A DNA stretch of 64,000 bases from an uncultured Solirubrobacterales bacterium. Lineage in GTDB: Bacteria; Actinomycetota; Thermoleophilia; Solirubrobacterales; Solirubrobacteraceae. Position numbers and translations under genes: made by a program. Positions 51,186 through 60,926 of this stretch are shown piece by piece; the stretch's first letter is position 1; the number at the start of each line of letters is the position of its first letter. The DNA lies in assembly GCA_963781325.1 (NCBI GenBank), contig CAWAFK010000001.1, positions 78,491 to 142,490 on the forward strand, in the 5' to 3' direction. The notes under the pieces were generated by a model. The model was given only the letters and a program-made list of their open reading frames with translations, searched no databases and had not been told where the DNA came from.

Positions 51186-51288
51186 CCTCCAATGAGAGAT
51201 CCCATGTCGGAGCTTTTACAGCGAGTCGGCGAACGTCGGTAACGACATCTCAACGGTTGGTTCCAAAGCGCGATATACGTCGGGGACA

Positions 51289-52050
51289 GTGTCTGGGCGA
51301 GGAACCCTGCAAGCGACCACCGCGATCCGTGCCGTCGTGCGCGGTGAGGTGCACGGCGTCGGGTTCCGCGACGCGACGGTCATACGGGCGCGCGAGCTTG
51401 CCGTGACAGGCTGGGTCCGCAATGGCGAGGAGGGCACCGTGGAGGTGCACGCCGAGGGGACCGGGCATGCGGTCGATGAGCTCATGGCCTTTCTGGGCGA
51501 CGGTCCTCCGCTCGCGCGGGTCACTGAGGTCGCGGTTGAGCGGGTCGCGGTCGAGGGCCACGAGCAGTTCGCGGTGCGCGGTGTCAGCGCTGGAGTGTTC
51601 GTCGTGCAGGAGCATCTGGCGCGGGCCCACCACTTCGACCTGCGATTGGAGGTCGGCGGAGTGATGCGCTCATGGGCGGTACCGAAGGGCCCCTCGCTCG
51701 ACCCGGCCGTGAAGCGCCTCGCCGTCCAGGTGCCCGACCACGCAATCGCGCACAACTCGTTCGAGGGCGTGCTCGACGGGGGCCGGGTGATCGTGTGGGA
51801 TCGCGGCGTCTACGAGCAGGGCGGGCGGGTCGCGTGGCCCACGGCGCTCGAGCGCGGCCACGCCGTCTTCGTGCTGCACGGCGAGAAGCTGCGCGGCGGC
51901 TTTGCGCTGCAGCGCACCGGGGCGGGGGCGAAGGCGCAGTGGCTTTTGATCAAGCGCCGCGACGAGCACGCGCGCCCCGGGTCGGGCGTCGTCGCCGAGC
52001 ATCCTCGCTCGGTGCTCAGTGGGCGCACGCTCGACGAGGTCGTCGCCTGA
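51289..52050 (+). CDS. Fusion of acylphosphatase (N-terminal) and LigD 3'-phosphoesterase domain (C-terminal)
   Basis: G.VHGVGFR..GWVRN..GTVEV..EG..GPP.A.V then FVVQEH.A..HFDLRLE..SWAVPKGPS.DP..KRLA...DH..FEG..VWD.G.Y..GEKLRG..WLLIK in one ORF. Confidence 0.85.
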   Translation: MSGRGTLQATTAIRAVVRGEVHGVGFRDATVIRARELAVTGWVRNGEEGTVEVHAEGTGHAVDELMAFLGDGPPLARVTEVAVERVAVEGHEQFAVRGVSAGVFVVQEHLARAHHFDLRLEVGGVMRSWAVPKGPSLDPAVKRLAVQVPDHAIAHNSFEGVLDGGRVIVWDRGVYEQGGRVAWPTALERGHAVFVLHGEKLRGGFALQRTGAGAKAQWLLIKRRDEHARPGSGVVAEHPRSVLSGRTLDEVVA

Positions 52051-52314
52051 TCACTCCTCCTCCGAGCGCCACCGCCGGTAGAGCGCCGCGAACTCCGTGC
52101 TCATCTCGGGCGTGAGATCCTCGGCGCGCAGACCGCCCGTCAGCCGGATCGTGGCTCGCATCTGCTCCAGATACTCCGTGCAGTGCTCGCACCCGGCGAG
52201 GTGCGCCTCGAAGCGCCGCCGCTGGGTGCGGGACAGCGCTCCCTCGAGGTAGTCGGTGATCAGCTCGACCATCTCTTGACACACGAGCTCTTTGCGACGC
52301 AGCAGCACCCTCAT
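52051..52314 (-). CDS. zf-HC2 anti-sigma factor
   Basis: CQEMVELITDYLEG, HLAGC..C; overlaps the sigma stop codon. Confidence 0.9.
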   Translation of the reverse strand: MRVLLRRKELVCQEMVELITDYLEGALSRTQRRRFEAHLAGCEHCTEYLEQMRATIRLTGGLRAEDLTPEMSTEFAALYRRWRSEEE

Positions 52315-52958
52315 ACCCTCCCCAACTCTGCCTCGAGCGCCTGGCGCAGGTGGCTGCGGCCCCTGTGCAGCAGTACGCGCTGGTTGGCTTCGCTGATCTC
52401 GAGCGCCTCGCACACCTCACGCGCGCTCAGCTCGGCAACGTCGCGCAGCATCACCACGTCGCGCTGGCGCTCCGGCAGCTCGCGCATTGTGGCTTGGATA
52501 CGATCTGCCAGGCCCTCGGCGAGCAGCCTGCTCTCGCTCTCCTCGACCCAGTGCCGGGGCGGGGACATCCAGGCGCCCGACTCGTCGAATCTGGCGCTGT
52601 CCACGGCCGGCCCCGCGTCGCCGATCGCCACGCTTCGATGCTCGCGCACGCCCGTGCTCCTAGCCCGGTTGACGAGGATCGCCAGCAGCCATGTCCGAAA
52701 CGACGAGCGCCCTTTGAAGCCGTCGAGGCCGCGCAGCACCGCCAGCCAGGTGTCCTGCACGACCTCCTCGGCCACCGCCGCGCTCGCCACATACGTGCGT
52801 GCGATTCGCAGCATCGTCGCGTGGTGGCGCGCCGCCAGCACCACGAACGCCTGCTCCTCGCCCGCGCGCACCCGCGCGCACGCGCTCGCGCCCGCGGCGG
52901 CGCTCCTGCGCAGGCGCAGACCGCCGAGCGCCATCGCGAGCATCACCCCCATGTGCAT
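52311..52958 (-). CDS. ECF RNA polymerase sigma factor (5' end uncertain or garbled)
   Basis: AEEVVQDTW, F.GRSSFRTWL, LPERQR.V..LRD, S.ANQRVLLHR.R. Confidence 0.88.
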   Translation of the reverse strand: MHMGVMLAMALGGLRLRRSAAAGASACARVRAGEEQAFVVLAARHHATMLRIARTYVASAAVAEEVVQDTWLAVLRGLDGFKGRSSFRTWLLAILVNRARSTGVREHRSVAIGDAGPAVDSARFDESGAWMSPPRHWVEESESRLLAEGLADRIQATMRELPERQRDVVMLRDVAELSAREVCEALEISEANQRVLLHRGRSHLRQALEAELGRV

Positions 52959-53014
52959 GGTGGGAGGGCGGGAAGAGCACTGAGCGCGGGTTGGGTCGTT
53001 TCCAGCTACGCCGG

Positions 53015-54161
53015 TCACGAGGTGCACCCTCGCCGCCAGCCGCGCCGGGTACCGTGGCCGACCCGATCCGGGCCAACGCGCCGCCCGCGCCGATCGCGAA
53101 CTCGTCGACGATCCCCGCCGCGCCGGTCTGCACGTAGAGGAAGCGGCCATCGCCGCTCACGGCGGCATCGACAGTGCCGCCGTCGGTGGGCGTGTCGCCA
53201 AACGATGTCAGCAGCGCTCCGCCGTCGCTCGACTGAAAGCCAGTCAGCGATGCGCTGGCGGCGTTGGAGGCGTAGAAGAGGCCGTTCGTCGCGACCACCC
53301 AGCAGGTCGCTCCCTGGCTGGTGCCGACCGCGTCGAGCGGGGTGAGCGTCCCGTTGCCGTTCAGCGCGAAGTCCGCCAGCGCGTTGGTGCCGGCCTCGGC
53401 CACGATCAGATGCCCCTCCTGGTCGAAGGTCACCGCGAATGGGACCGCGCCCGGCTCGGAGTTCACGACGGGTGTCGCCGACAGACGCCCGAACGGCGCC
53501 ACGCCGAATACGTCGATGTCGCTGCCGTTGCCCTTGGTCGTGACGATCAGCTGCCTGCCATCCGGCGAGAAGGCGACCTGCCCGGGCGTGTGGGTGAACT
53601 GCGGTTCTTCCGTGGGGTTCAGCCCCAGCGCGCGGCCCGAGCCGGGCAGTGGCACCAGATGTCCGAAGAACGACGCGAACCCCTGCACCTCGCCGCCGTT
53701 CTCGGCGTTCAGCACATACACGAGGCCTCCGTGGACGGCGATGCTCACCGGGAACGTTCCCCCCGAGCCGATCGTCTGACGTAGCGCCAGGTGGTCGCCG
53801 AACACGGCGAACACGGAGATCGTGTTGCTGGCGGCGTTGACTGCATAGAGCTCCCTGGTGGCCGGGTCGTAGGCGAGCGAGCCCTGTGAGGCGAGGTGGT
53901 CGACGACCGATCCCGCCAGCGCCCCGCCCAGCCCGCCGGTGTCGTACACGCCGGCCTGGGTGAGGACGCCGTCGGCGGCGCTGTCGTAGACGACCACCTG
54001 ATTGCCGGCCGTGTTGTCGGTCTGCACGAATACGGGCGCCGAGTGGGCCCGAATCCGCCGCCGAACGGTCGGCCGCCGAACGCGCTCGCGGCTCCAGCGG
54101 CGCTGCTCATCACTGCCAGGGCGGTGGCTGCCACCACGCCGCAACGGGTCATCGACTTCAT
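53015..54161 (-). CDS. Secreted lactonase-like beta-propeller protein (frameshift near 54040; 3' end garbled)
   Basis: Signal peptide in ORF 53745..54161; TGG.G, SQGSL, YAVNA.SN.ISVF, FSPDG, ATCW repeats. Confidence 0.75.
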
Positions 54162-54355
54162 CGAGCTCCTCCTTGGTTGGATCGGGCTTGCGAGGTGCAG
54201 TCCGCTCCGCGCTCGATGCGTTACGGCAAAAGATCTGCCGCGGCGCGGGAAGGATCGGCGCTCGCAGGCGTCTCCGGAGCTGAGAGGTGCCGTACGGCAG
54301 AGGCGGCCGGGGCGGTGGCGCCGTCTGGTATGCGACCGAAAGGCTGGGTGAGATC

Positions 54356-55201
54356 GTGAGGATTGGCAGGCGCTACATTCCGCTGGCGGCGGCGCTGGGG
54401 GTGGCCGTCGCGGTGCTTCCGACGGTCGCGAGCTCGGAAACGACTCCGGCGATCAACGCCGTCAACGAACCTGGCGGCCTGTACAGCGAAGAACACCATC
54501 GCTGGTCGCCTCCGCAGACGACGATCGCCGCCGGCGGCGCGGTGACGCTCAGCAACTCCGGCGAAATCCCGCATGGGGTGCGGTGGGTCAGCGACCCCGT
54601 GAAGCCGGTGTGCGAAGAAGGCGCGGGCAAGGTGCCGGTCGGCACCGAACCCAGCGCGTCGGGCACCAAATGGAGCGGCGAGTGCACGTTCTCCCAGCCC
54701 GGCACCTACACGTTCTACTGCACCGTTCACGGCCCCGAAATGACCGGCACGATCACCGTGCTCCCGAATGGCGCAACCACGACCTCGACCACAATGCCCA
54801 CGCCCGCGCCCACCACGCCCACCACTCCCACCACGCCAGTCGAATACCCCTCGGAATCGGCTCTCGCCGGAGGCCCGTCGCTGCGCTCCGCCCAGCGGGG
54901 CGGCGCCGTCAAGGGCTCGCTGGAGGTCTCCAAGGCAGGTGCGGGCGACCGCTTGGAGATCGACCTGCTCGCCACGCGGGCATCTTTGGCGACGGCCCAC
55001 CGCCACGCGCGGATCACGGTCGGACGGCTCGTGCGCGAATCGGTGTCGGCGGGCAGGCTCGCTTTTGCCGTGAAGCTTGACGCGAAGGGGCGCAAAGCGC
55101 TCGCGCGCCGCCGGCAGCTGGCGCTGAGCGTGCGGATCACGCTCACCCCGGCCTACGGCGAACCGCTCACCGTCACGCGCGCGGTGGTCGAGCACCGATG
55201 A
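54356..55201 (+). CDS. Secreted plastocyanin/azurin-like cupredoxin with a C-terminal Ig-like domain
   Basis: Signal peptide; PHGV and YTFYCTVHGPEMTG type-1 copper ligands; Thr/Pro linker. Confidence 0.85.
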   Translation: MRIGRRYIPLAAALGVAVAVLPTVASSETTPAINAVNEPGGLYSEEHHRWSPPQTTIAAGGAVTLSNSGEIPHGVRWVSDPVKPVCEEGAGKVPVGTEPSASGTKWSGECTFSQPGTYTFYCTVHGPEMTGTITVLPNGATTTSTTMPTPAPTTPTTPTTPVEYPSESALAGGPSLRSAQRGGAVKGSLEVSKAGAGDRLEIDLLATRASLATAHRHARITVGRLVRESVSAGRLAFAVKLDAKGRKALARRRQLALSVRITLTPAYGEPLTVTRAVVEHR

Positions 55202-55952
55202 GCAGCGGAAAAAGAAAAAAAGGGGGGAGAGGGGAGGGGGCAGGATGTTGAGGAGAGGAGCGGAGCGCGCGATCGGTTCGCGGCCCCGAAATGACCGGCA
55301 CGGTCACCGTCGAGATCCCCGAAGCGCCGATCGTGACGACCGCCGCGGCGAGCGCTGTCGGCCAGGCCGAAGCGACGCTCAACGGCACCGTCGACCCGGA
55401 AGGCAAAGCGACCGAATACTTCTTCGAATGGGGCACCACCTCGAGCTATGGGCACACCACGGAAAAGCTCCCGCTGGGCAGCGTCGATCAGACCGGCCAC
55501 GCGGTATCGGCCAAAGTGACGGGGTTGGCGCCGGGCGCCCCCTATCACTTCCGGCTGGTGGCCAAGAACGAAGCGGCCACCACGCCAGGCGCCGACAGGA
55601 ACTTCTCGACCCTTACCGCCTCCCCGCCGCCACATGAAGAACAGCCACCCCCTAACGAAGAACGGCCACCCCCGCACGAAGAACAGCCGCCTCCTCACGA
55701 AGAACAGCCACCCCCGCACGAAGAACAGCCGCCTCCTCACGAAGAACAGCCACCCCCCTCACGAACTGCCGCCGAGCACCCCAACGCCGACCGGTATCCG
55801 CGGGGAAGGTGTCCTTCGCGGTGAAGCTCGACGCCGCCGCTCGGCACGCGCTCAAGCGCCTGCGACACCTCTCGCTGACCCTGAGGGCGACGCTCACACC
55901 CGCCGAGGGCCGGACGGTGACGATCACATACGAGGTACAGCTGCGCGGATAG
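55198..55952 (+). pseudogene. Disrupted paralog of the cupredoxin gene with an Fn3-like domain and PPPHEEQ repeats
   Basis: ATGA-coupled start, purine-rich low-complexity stretch, then GPEMTGTVTV, ATLNGTV.P, Y.FEWG, and a shared C-terminal FAVKLD motif in another frame. Confidence 0.6.
55624..55760 (+). repeat. 21-bp coding tandem repeat (PPPHEEQ), about six copies
   Basis: CC.CC.CC.CACGAAGAACAG units. Confidence 0.9.
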
Positions 55953-56032
55953 CATGAGGCGGCGTGCGCTCTGAGAACGAATCCACCGATCCGGGGGTCG
56001 CCTCGGCGCCGCATGATGCATCGCATTGGCCG

Positions 56033-56678
56033 ATGGCTCTCGCTCGGAGGGGCCATGTCGCTCGCCTGCTCGCGCCCGCGGCCGTCCTGCTGGCATCCAC
56101 CGCGACGGCCGGCTGCGGGAGCTCGGCGCCCGCCAAGCCGGCGAATGCCGCGCTCGCCACGAGGGCCGAGCTACGAGGCTCCGGCGCTGCTCACGCCCGC
56201 TCGCCAGGCGCCGGACTTCACGTTGCGCGATTCCACCGGCAGGCTCGTCCACCTCTCACAGTTTCGGGGCAAAGCTGTACTGCTGACCTTCATCTACGAC
56301 CATTGCCCCGACGTCTGCCCGCTGATCGTCGCCAACCTGCACAACGCGCTACTCAAACTCGGGTCGCGAGCGGACAAAGTGCAGATCGTGGCGGTCTCAG
56401 TGGACCCCCGAGGCGACACTCCCGCGACCGTCAAGGCGTTCCTCGCCGCGCACCAGATGACTGGGCGGATGGAGTACCTGATCGGTTCGCTCAAGCAGCT
56501 CGCACCGGTATGGCACAGGTACGGCATCGCCGCCGAAGGCAGCCCCGACAGCCGCGAGGTGTCGCACACCGCACTCGTGTACGGCGTCACCGGGAGTGGC
56601 AAGATGCTCGCGCTGTACCCCTCCAACTTCAAGCCAGCATGGATCGTCCACGACGTTCCGCTGCTCGCGGCCGGTTGA
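56033..56678 (+). CDS. SCO-family copper chaperone lipoprotein (frameshift near 56165)
   Basis: Lipobox TAGC in one frame; APDFTL, CPDVCP, SVDP..DT, SHT in the next. Confidence 0.85.
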
Positions 56679-56713
56679 TCCCGGGGCCGCCTCCTCTTGG
56701 TAGGGGCCGCCAC

Positions 56714-57220
56714 ATGCGCTGGCGCTCCGTGCTCATCACCGTCGTGCTCCTGGTCCTAGCTGCGCTGCTCGCGGTGCTGATCGGTGGCAATGCCGCTCCG
56801 GTCAGGGCACGCCCCGCGCCGGCGCTACCGACACAGGTGCTGGCCGGGCCGCGCGTGGATCTGGCCAGCTTGCGCGGGCGCCCGGCGATCGTCAACTTCT
56901 TCGCCAGCTGGTGCCCTCCGTGCGCGGCCGAGGCCCCCCAGCTCGCCCGCCTGGCCGCGAGCTTCACGGCCGCGCGACGCTCGTCGGCGTCGACTGGTCG
57001 GACGGCCGCGGCTCCGCGGCGCGTTTCGTCGCCCGCTATCACTGGACGTTCCCGGTGCTTTTCGACCCTTCCGGGGAAACCGGCTACGCATACGGCTTCA
57101 TCAACCTGCCCGCGACCTTCCTGCTGGACAGCCGAGGGGCGCATCGTACGGCGCCTGATCGGTCCTCAAACCGCCGCCGGCCTACTCGCCAGCCTGCCGG
57201 CCGAGGGTAGCGTTCAATAG
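56714..57220 (+). CDS. TlpA/ResA-like thioredoxin (two compensating frameshifts)
   Basis: N-terminal TM, VNFFASWCPPC, FP...D, LP.TF.LD. Confidence 0.82.
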   Translation: MRWRSVLITVVLLVLAALLAVLIGGNAAPVRARPAPALPTQVLAGPRVDLASLRGRPAIVNFFASWCPPCAAEAPQLARLAASFTAARRSSASTGRTAAAPRRVSSPAITGRSRCFSTLPGKPATHTASSTCPRPSCWTAEGRIVRRLIGPQTAAGLLASLPAEGSVQ

Positions 57221-57313
57221 AGTCGGAAGCTCGGACAATCGGCTCCCGTCGACGGGCGCCGGGCGGCCACAAGCCAAAGGTCCATATTTCAAGGCTGCCT
57301 ACATTGGGGTGAG

Positions 57314-58962
57314 ATGACCTCGCTCCCCGCCGCCCACGTCAAGCGCCTGACGCTCGCGGCGTGCATCATCGGCTCGGGGATCGCGGTGCTCGACGGCACC
57401 GTCGTCAACGTGGCGCTGCCCACGATCCAGCGCGACCTCGGCGGCGGTCTTGCTGGCCAGCAGTGGGTCTCCAACGCCTACCTGCTGACGCTCTCCTCGC
57501 TGATCCTGATCGGCGGCTCGCTTGGGGATCTGTACGGCGAGCGGCGGATCTTCGCGCTCGGCGTCGGCGGCTTCGGGCTGGCGTCGCTGCTGTGCGCGCT
57601 GGCGCCCACGATCGGCTTCCTGATCGCCTTCCGCGCGCTCGAGGGGGTCGCGGGGGCGCTCTGATCCCCAGCTCGCTGGCGGTGATCGTCGCCACGTTCC
57701 CGGGCGGGAGGGGCTAAACCGAGCGCGGCGCGGCGATCGGCACCTGGACCGCGTTCGGGGCGGTTGCCGCGGCGATCGGCCCGCTCGGCGGGGGCATGTT
57801 GCTGGCGGTCGGCTCGTGGCGCTGGATCTTCCTGATCAACATCCCGTTCGTGGCGCTCTGCCTGGGGTTGATTCTCACCGCGATTCCGCGCGCGGCGCCG
57901 CGCGCGGGTGATCAGGCGATCGACGTCACCGGCGCGCTGCTGTGCGCCCTCGGTCTCGGCGGGCCGGTGTTCGCGCTGATCGAGCAGCCGCGCCTGGGCT
58001 GGTCGAGTCCCGCGGTCGCGATCCCGCTCATCGCCGGCGCGTTGCTGTTCGGGGTGTTTCTGGTGTACGAGTCGCGCGCCCGCCACCCGATGCTCTCGCT
58101 CAACCTCTTCAAGCGGCGTAACTTCGCCGTCGGCAACGTCGAGACGTTCGCGATGTACGCGGGGCTGTCGGTGTTGTTCTTCTTTCTCGTGCTGTTCCTG
58201 CAGCAGGTCGCGGGCTACTCGCCGCTGCGCAGCGGCCTCGCCACGCTGCCCGTCACGATCGTGATGCTCGTGCTCTCGCGCCGCTTCGGGGCGCTCGCCG
58301 ACCGTCACGGGCCGCGGCTGTTCATGGGTGGGGGACCGCTCCTCGCGGGCGCCGGCCTGCTGCTGCTCCTGCGCGTCGGCGTCCACGTGGACTACTTCAC
58401 CGAAGTGCTTCCCGCCCTGCTGTTGTTCTCGCTGGGCCTCTCGCTCACGGTGGCGCCGCTCACCGCGGCGGTGCTCGCGGGTGTGGAGGAGCGCCAGGCG
58501 GGAATCGCCTCCGGGGTCAACAACGCGGTCGCCCGGGTCGCCGGGCTGATCGCGATCGCGGCGCTCGGCGCGATCGTCGCCGTGCAGTTCTCCGCCACGC
58601 TCGATCGGCAGCTGGAGGGGGTCAGGCTCTCCCCCTCCGCTCAGGCGGCGGTGGCGCAGGCCAAGCGCCTCACCCTCGGGCGCCCATCGGTCGCCGGTGT
58701 GCCGCCACGACAGGCGCGTGCGATCACCGACGCCGCCAACGCCGCATCGCTGGAGAGCTTTCGAGCGGGCGTCGGCATCGCGGGCGGGCTGGTGGTGCTC
58801 GGCGGCGTGATCGGCGCCGTCGGCATCCAGAATCCGCGTCGCGCGGTGTGCGCGGAGGAGTGTGCCGGCGGCCAACTGGTCGGCGCCTCGCTTGATGCGG
58901 CCGGGCTTCACGAGGCGTCGCCGCCCGCCGCGCGCGAGGGCGCCGCGGCTCGCGTGGCGTGA
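57314..58962 (+). CDS. MFS transporter (DHA2), frameshifted around 57660-57720
   Basis: LDGTVVNVALP, GD.YG.RR, WRWIF.IN.P, ASGVNNAVAR. Confidence 0.88.
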
Positions 58963-59057
58963 GGATCGTTCGCTCGCGTACTGCCCGTGGCATGAGGATC
59001 GCTCGCTCCCGTGCTGCCCGTGGCATGAGGATCGCTCGCTCCCGTGCTGCCCGTGGC
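58953..59057. repeat. 33-bp tandem repeat, three copies, starting over the MFS stop codon
   Basis: CGTGGCRTGAGGATCGYTCGCTCSCGTRCTGCC at 58953, 58986 and 59019. Confidence 0.92.
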
Positions 59058-59131
59058 GCTCGGCTCTGGAAGGATTTCGTGTCGTGGGCGTCCATGCGTG
59101 TAACGACCAAGCAGGCGAAAGGGAGCGACAT

Positions 59132-59617
59132 ATGCTTGATATGCGGCGACAGCACGATCAACAGGGTGGGCGGCGTCGAGGTCCCGCACGCCTGGCGGTA
59201 GCGTCGATGGCGGCCGGGCTGGTGCTCGCCGCGTCGCTGGCGGCGATCGCGCTCGCGGCGAGCGCCCCCACGGTCAGCTCGTTGTCGAGCGCGAAGCTCA
59301 AACAGACGATCGTCGTCAACTCGCAGGGCCGCACGCTCTACTGGCTGAGCCCCGAGACCCCTAGCCACCCGCTGTGCAAGAGCAGCCAATGCTTCGCATT
59401 CTGGCCGCCGTTCACGGTCAGCTCCAGCCACGCCACGCTCAAGGCCGGACCGGGTGTGCACGGCCGCCTCGGGATCGTGCATCGCAACGGGATCTTCCAG
59501 GTCACGCTCCGCGGCATGCTGTTGTATCGCTACTACGAAGACCGCGCCAAGGGGCAGGTCAACGGGCAGGGGATCAAGAGCTTCGGCGGCACCTGGCGCG
59601 CGGTGGGCGCCTCCTAA
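59132..59617 (+). CDS. Secreted protein of the Yx(FWY)xxD/COG4315 repeat family
   Basis: Signal peptide; GRTLY, C...C...WPP, QVT..G..LY.Y..D, GQG. Confidence 0.8.
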   Translation: MLDMRRQHDQQGGRRRGPARLAVASMAAGLVLAASLAAIALAASAPTVSSLSSAKLKQTIVVNSQGRTLYWLSPETPSHPLCKSSQCFAFWPPFTVSSSHATLKAGPGVHGRLGIVHRNGIFQVTLRGMLLYRYYEDRAKGQVNGQGIKSFGGTWRAVGAS

Positions 59618-59681
59618 AAAGGCAGGCAACCGGCGGTGACGGCGCAGTCAAGGGGACGGCCGTCACCGTCGATACCGACGT

Positions 59682-60836
59682 GTGGACCGTCGTCCCTCAC
59701 ACGGTGGACGCCCCCTGGCGAGTCGGCCCCGGGATCGGCCCGCGGCTCAGCCGGGGCGCCGGTTCGCCGGTCGGCTGGCGCTCCTCTGCGCGGTCGCCTC
59801 CCTGGGGGTTGTCGTGATGGCCGGGTCGGCCGTCGGCACGGCAGCCGCGAGGAAGCTCACCGCCGCCTCCGCGAGGAAGCGCACCGCCGCCAACTGGGAC
59901 ACCTCAGAACAGCGCCTCGTCGTGCGCGAAGCGGTGATGAGCGAAGAAGGTGCCGGCTTCGCGGGCGCCAGCCCCCTGAGCGCCGCCGCCGAGAGCGCCG
60001 CGCTGGCGGCGATCGCCACGCGCGAGGGCGTGGCCCCGATCGTCTTCGACCCCGGGCCGGCGCTCACCGTCCAGCAGGCGGCCGTCACCGCCGGTCTCAC
60101 CCCGCCCAGCTATTTCGGCAGCGAGGTGGTCGCCCGCTATCTGGGCCTGCGCTACGACCACCCCGCCGGCGAAGATCGCCTGGAGCTCTACCCCTGGAAC
60201 CCGATCACGCGTGCCGAAGCCGCCCACTCGTTCGCCGTGGTGCTCGGGCTGGAGGGCGATGCGGCCGGTCAGGAGCCGTCGAGCGGAGGCGAAGCGGCTC
60301 CCGGTGCCCCGTCGAGCGGGGGCGATCCCATCGCCCCGTCGAGCAGCTGGGCGCTCGCCGCGGCGCGCGAAGCGCTGATGAGCTTCGCGCTGCCCCACTA
60401 CACCGCCGCCCAACGCGAGGTGCTCGACATCGCGGTGTCGAAGATCGGCATGCCCTACGTGTGGGGCGGCACCACCGACAACACCGCCGACGGGCTCGAA
60501 CACGGGGGCTACGACTGCTCGGGCTTCGTGTGGCGCGTCTACAAGCTCTCCGGCCTGGCATGGGGCAGACAGATCCGCGGTCGCACAGCCGCTCAGCAGG
60601 CCGGCGAAATCCCCAAGCGCGAGCGCATCCACCCGCGGGACGTCGCGCCCGGCGACCTGCTGTTCTTCGGCTCGGCGCACTTCAACTCGACCGCCACCGA
60701 GTCCAACGTGATCCACGAGGCGATCGCGATGAGCAGCGAATGGGCGATCAACTCCTCCGCCCAGGGCGTGTACGTGCTGCCGCTCACCTCTGGCTGGCTC
60801 GCGGAACGCTTCACGTGGGCGCGCCGGGTGCTGTAG
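59682..60836 (+). CDS. NlpC/P60 cell-wall peptidase
   Basis: IGMPYVWGG, YDCSGFV, PGDLLFF, H; SLH-like ITRAE.A motif. Confidence 0.9.
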   Translation: MDRRPSHGGRPLASRPRDRPAAQPGRRFAGRLALLCAVASLGVVVMAGSAVGTAAARKLTAASARKRTAANWDTSEQRLVVREAVMSEEGAGFAGASPLSAAAESAALAAIATREGVAPIVFDPGPALTVQQAAVTAGLTPPSYFGSEVVARYLGLRYDHPAGEDRLELYPWNPITRAEAAHSFAVVLGLEGDAAGQEPSSGGEAAPGAPSSGGDPIAPSSSWALAAAREALMSFALPHYTAAQREVLDIAVSKIGMPYVWGGTTDNTADGLEHGGYDCSGFVWRVYKLSGLAWGRQIRGRTAAQQAGEIPKRERIHPRDVAPGDLLFFGSAHFNSTATESNVIHEAIAMSSEWAINSSAQGVYVLPLTSGWLAERFTWARRVL

Positions 60837-60887
60837 GGCGGAATTCTGGGGCGCGTCCGCGCGCCTGCCGGCTTGCGAGCACCTGGT

Positions 60888-60915
60888 GGGCGTGGGGCTT
60901 CCCTGCCCCACGACC
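60888..60915. repeat. Short palindromic element (family B), inverted copy; possible terminator
   Basis: Reverse complement GGTCGTGGGGC-AGGGAA-GCCCCACGCCC matches 39253-39279. Confidence 0.6.
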
Positions 60916-60926
60916 GGCCCCACTGC

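Noticed and set aside
52870-53030. Beta-propeller/sigma-factor fusion or membrane-anchored sigma
   Set aside because: The junction is garbled (propeller lacks a clean stop, sigma lacks a clean start); probably an assembly error or deletion.
55201-55275. Purine-rich tract as a regulatory element or G-quadruplex
   Set aside because: It sits exactly where the N-terminal cupredoxin coding region is missing and looks like low-quality base-calling or a collapsed segment.
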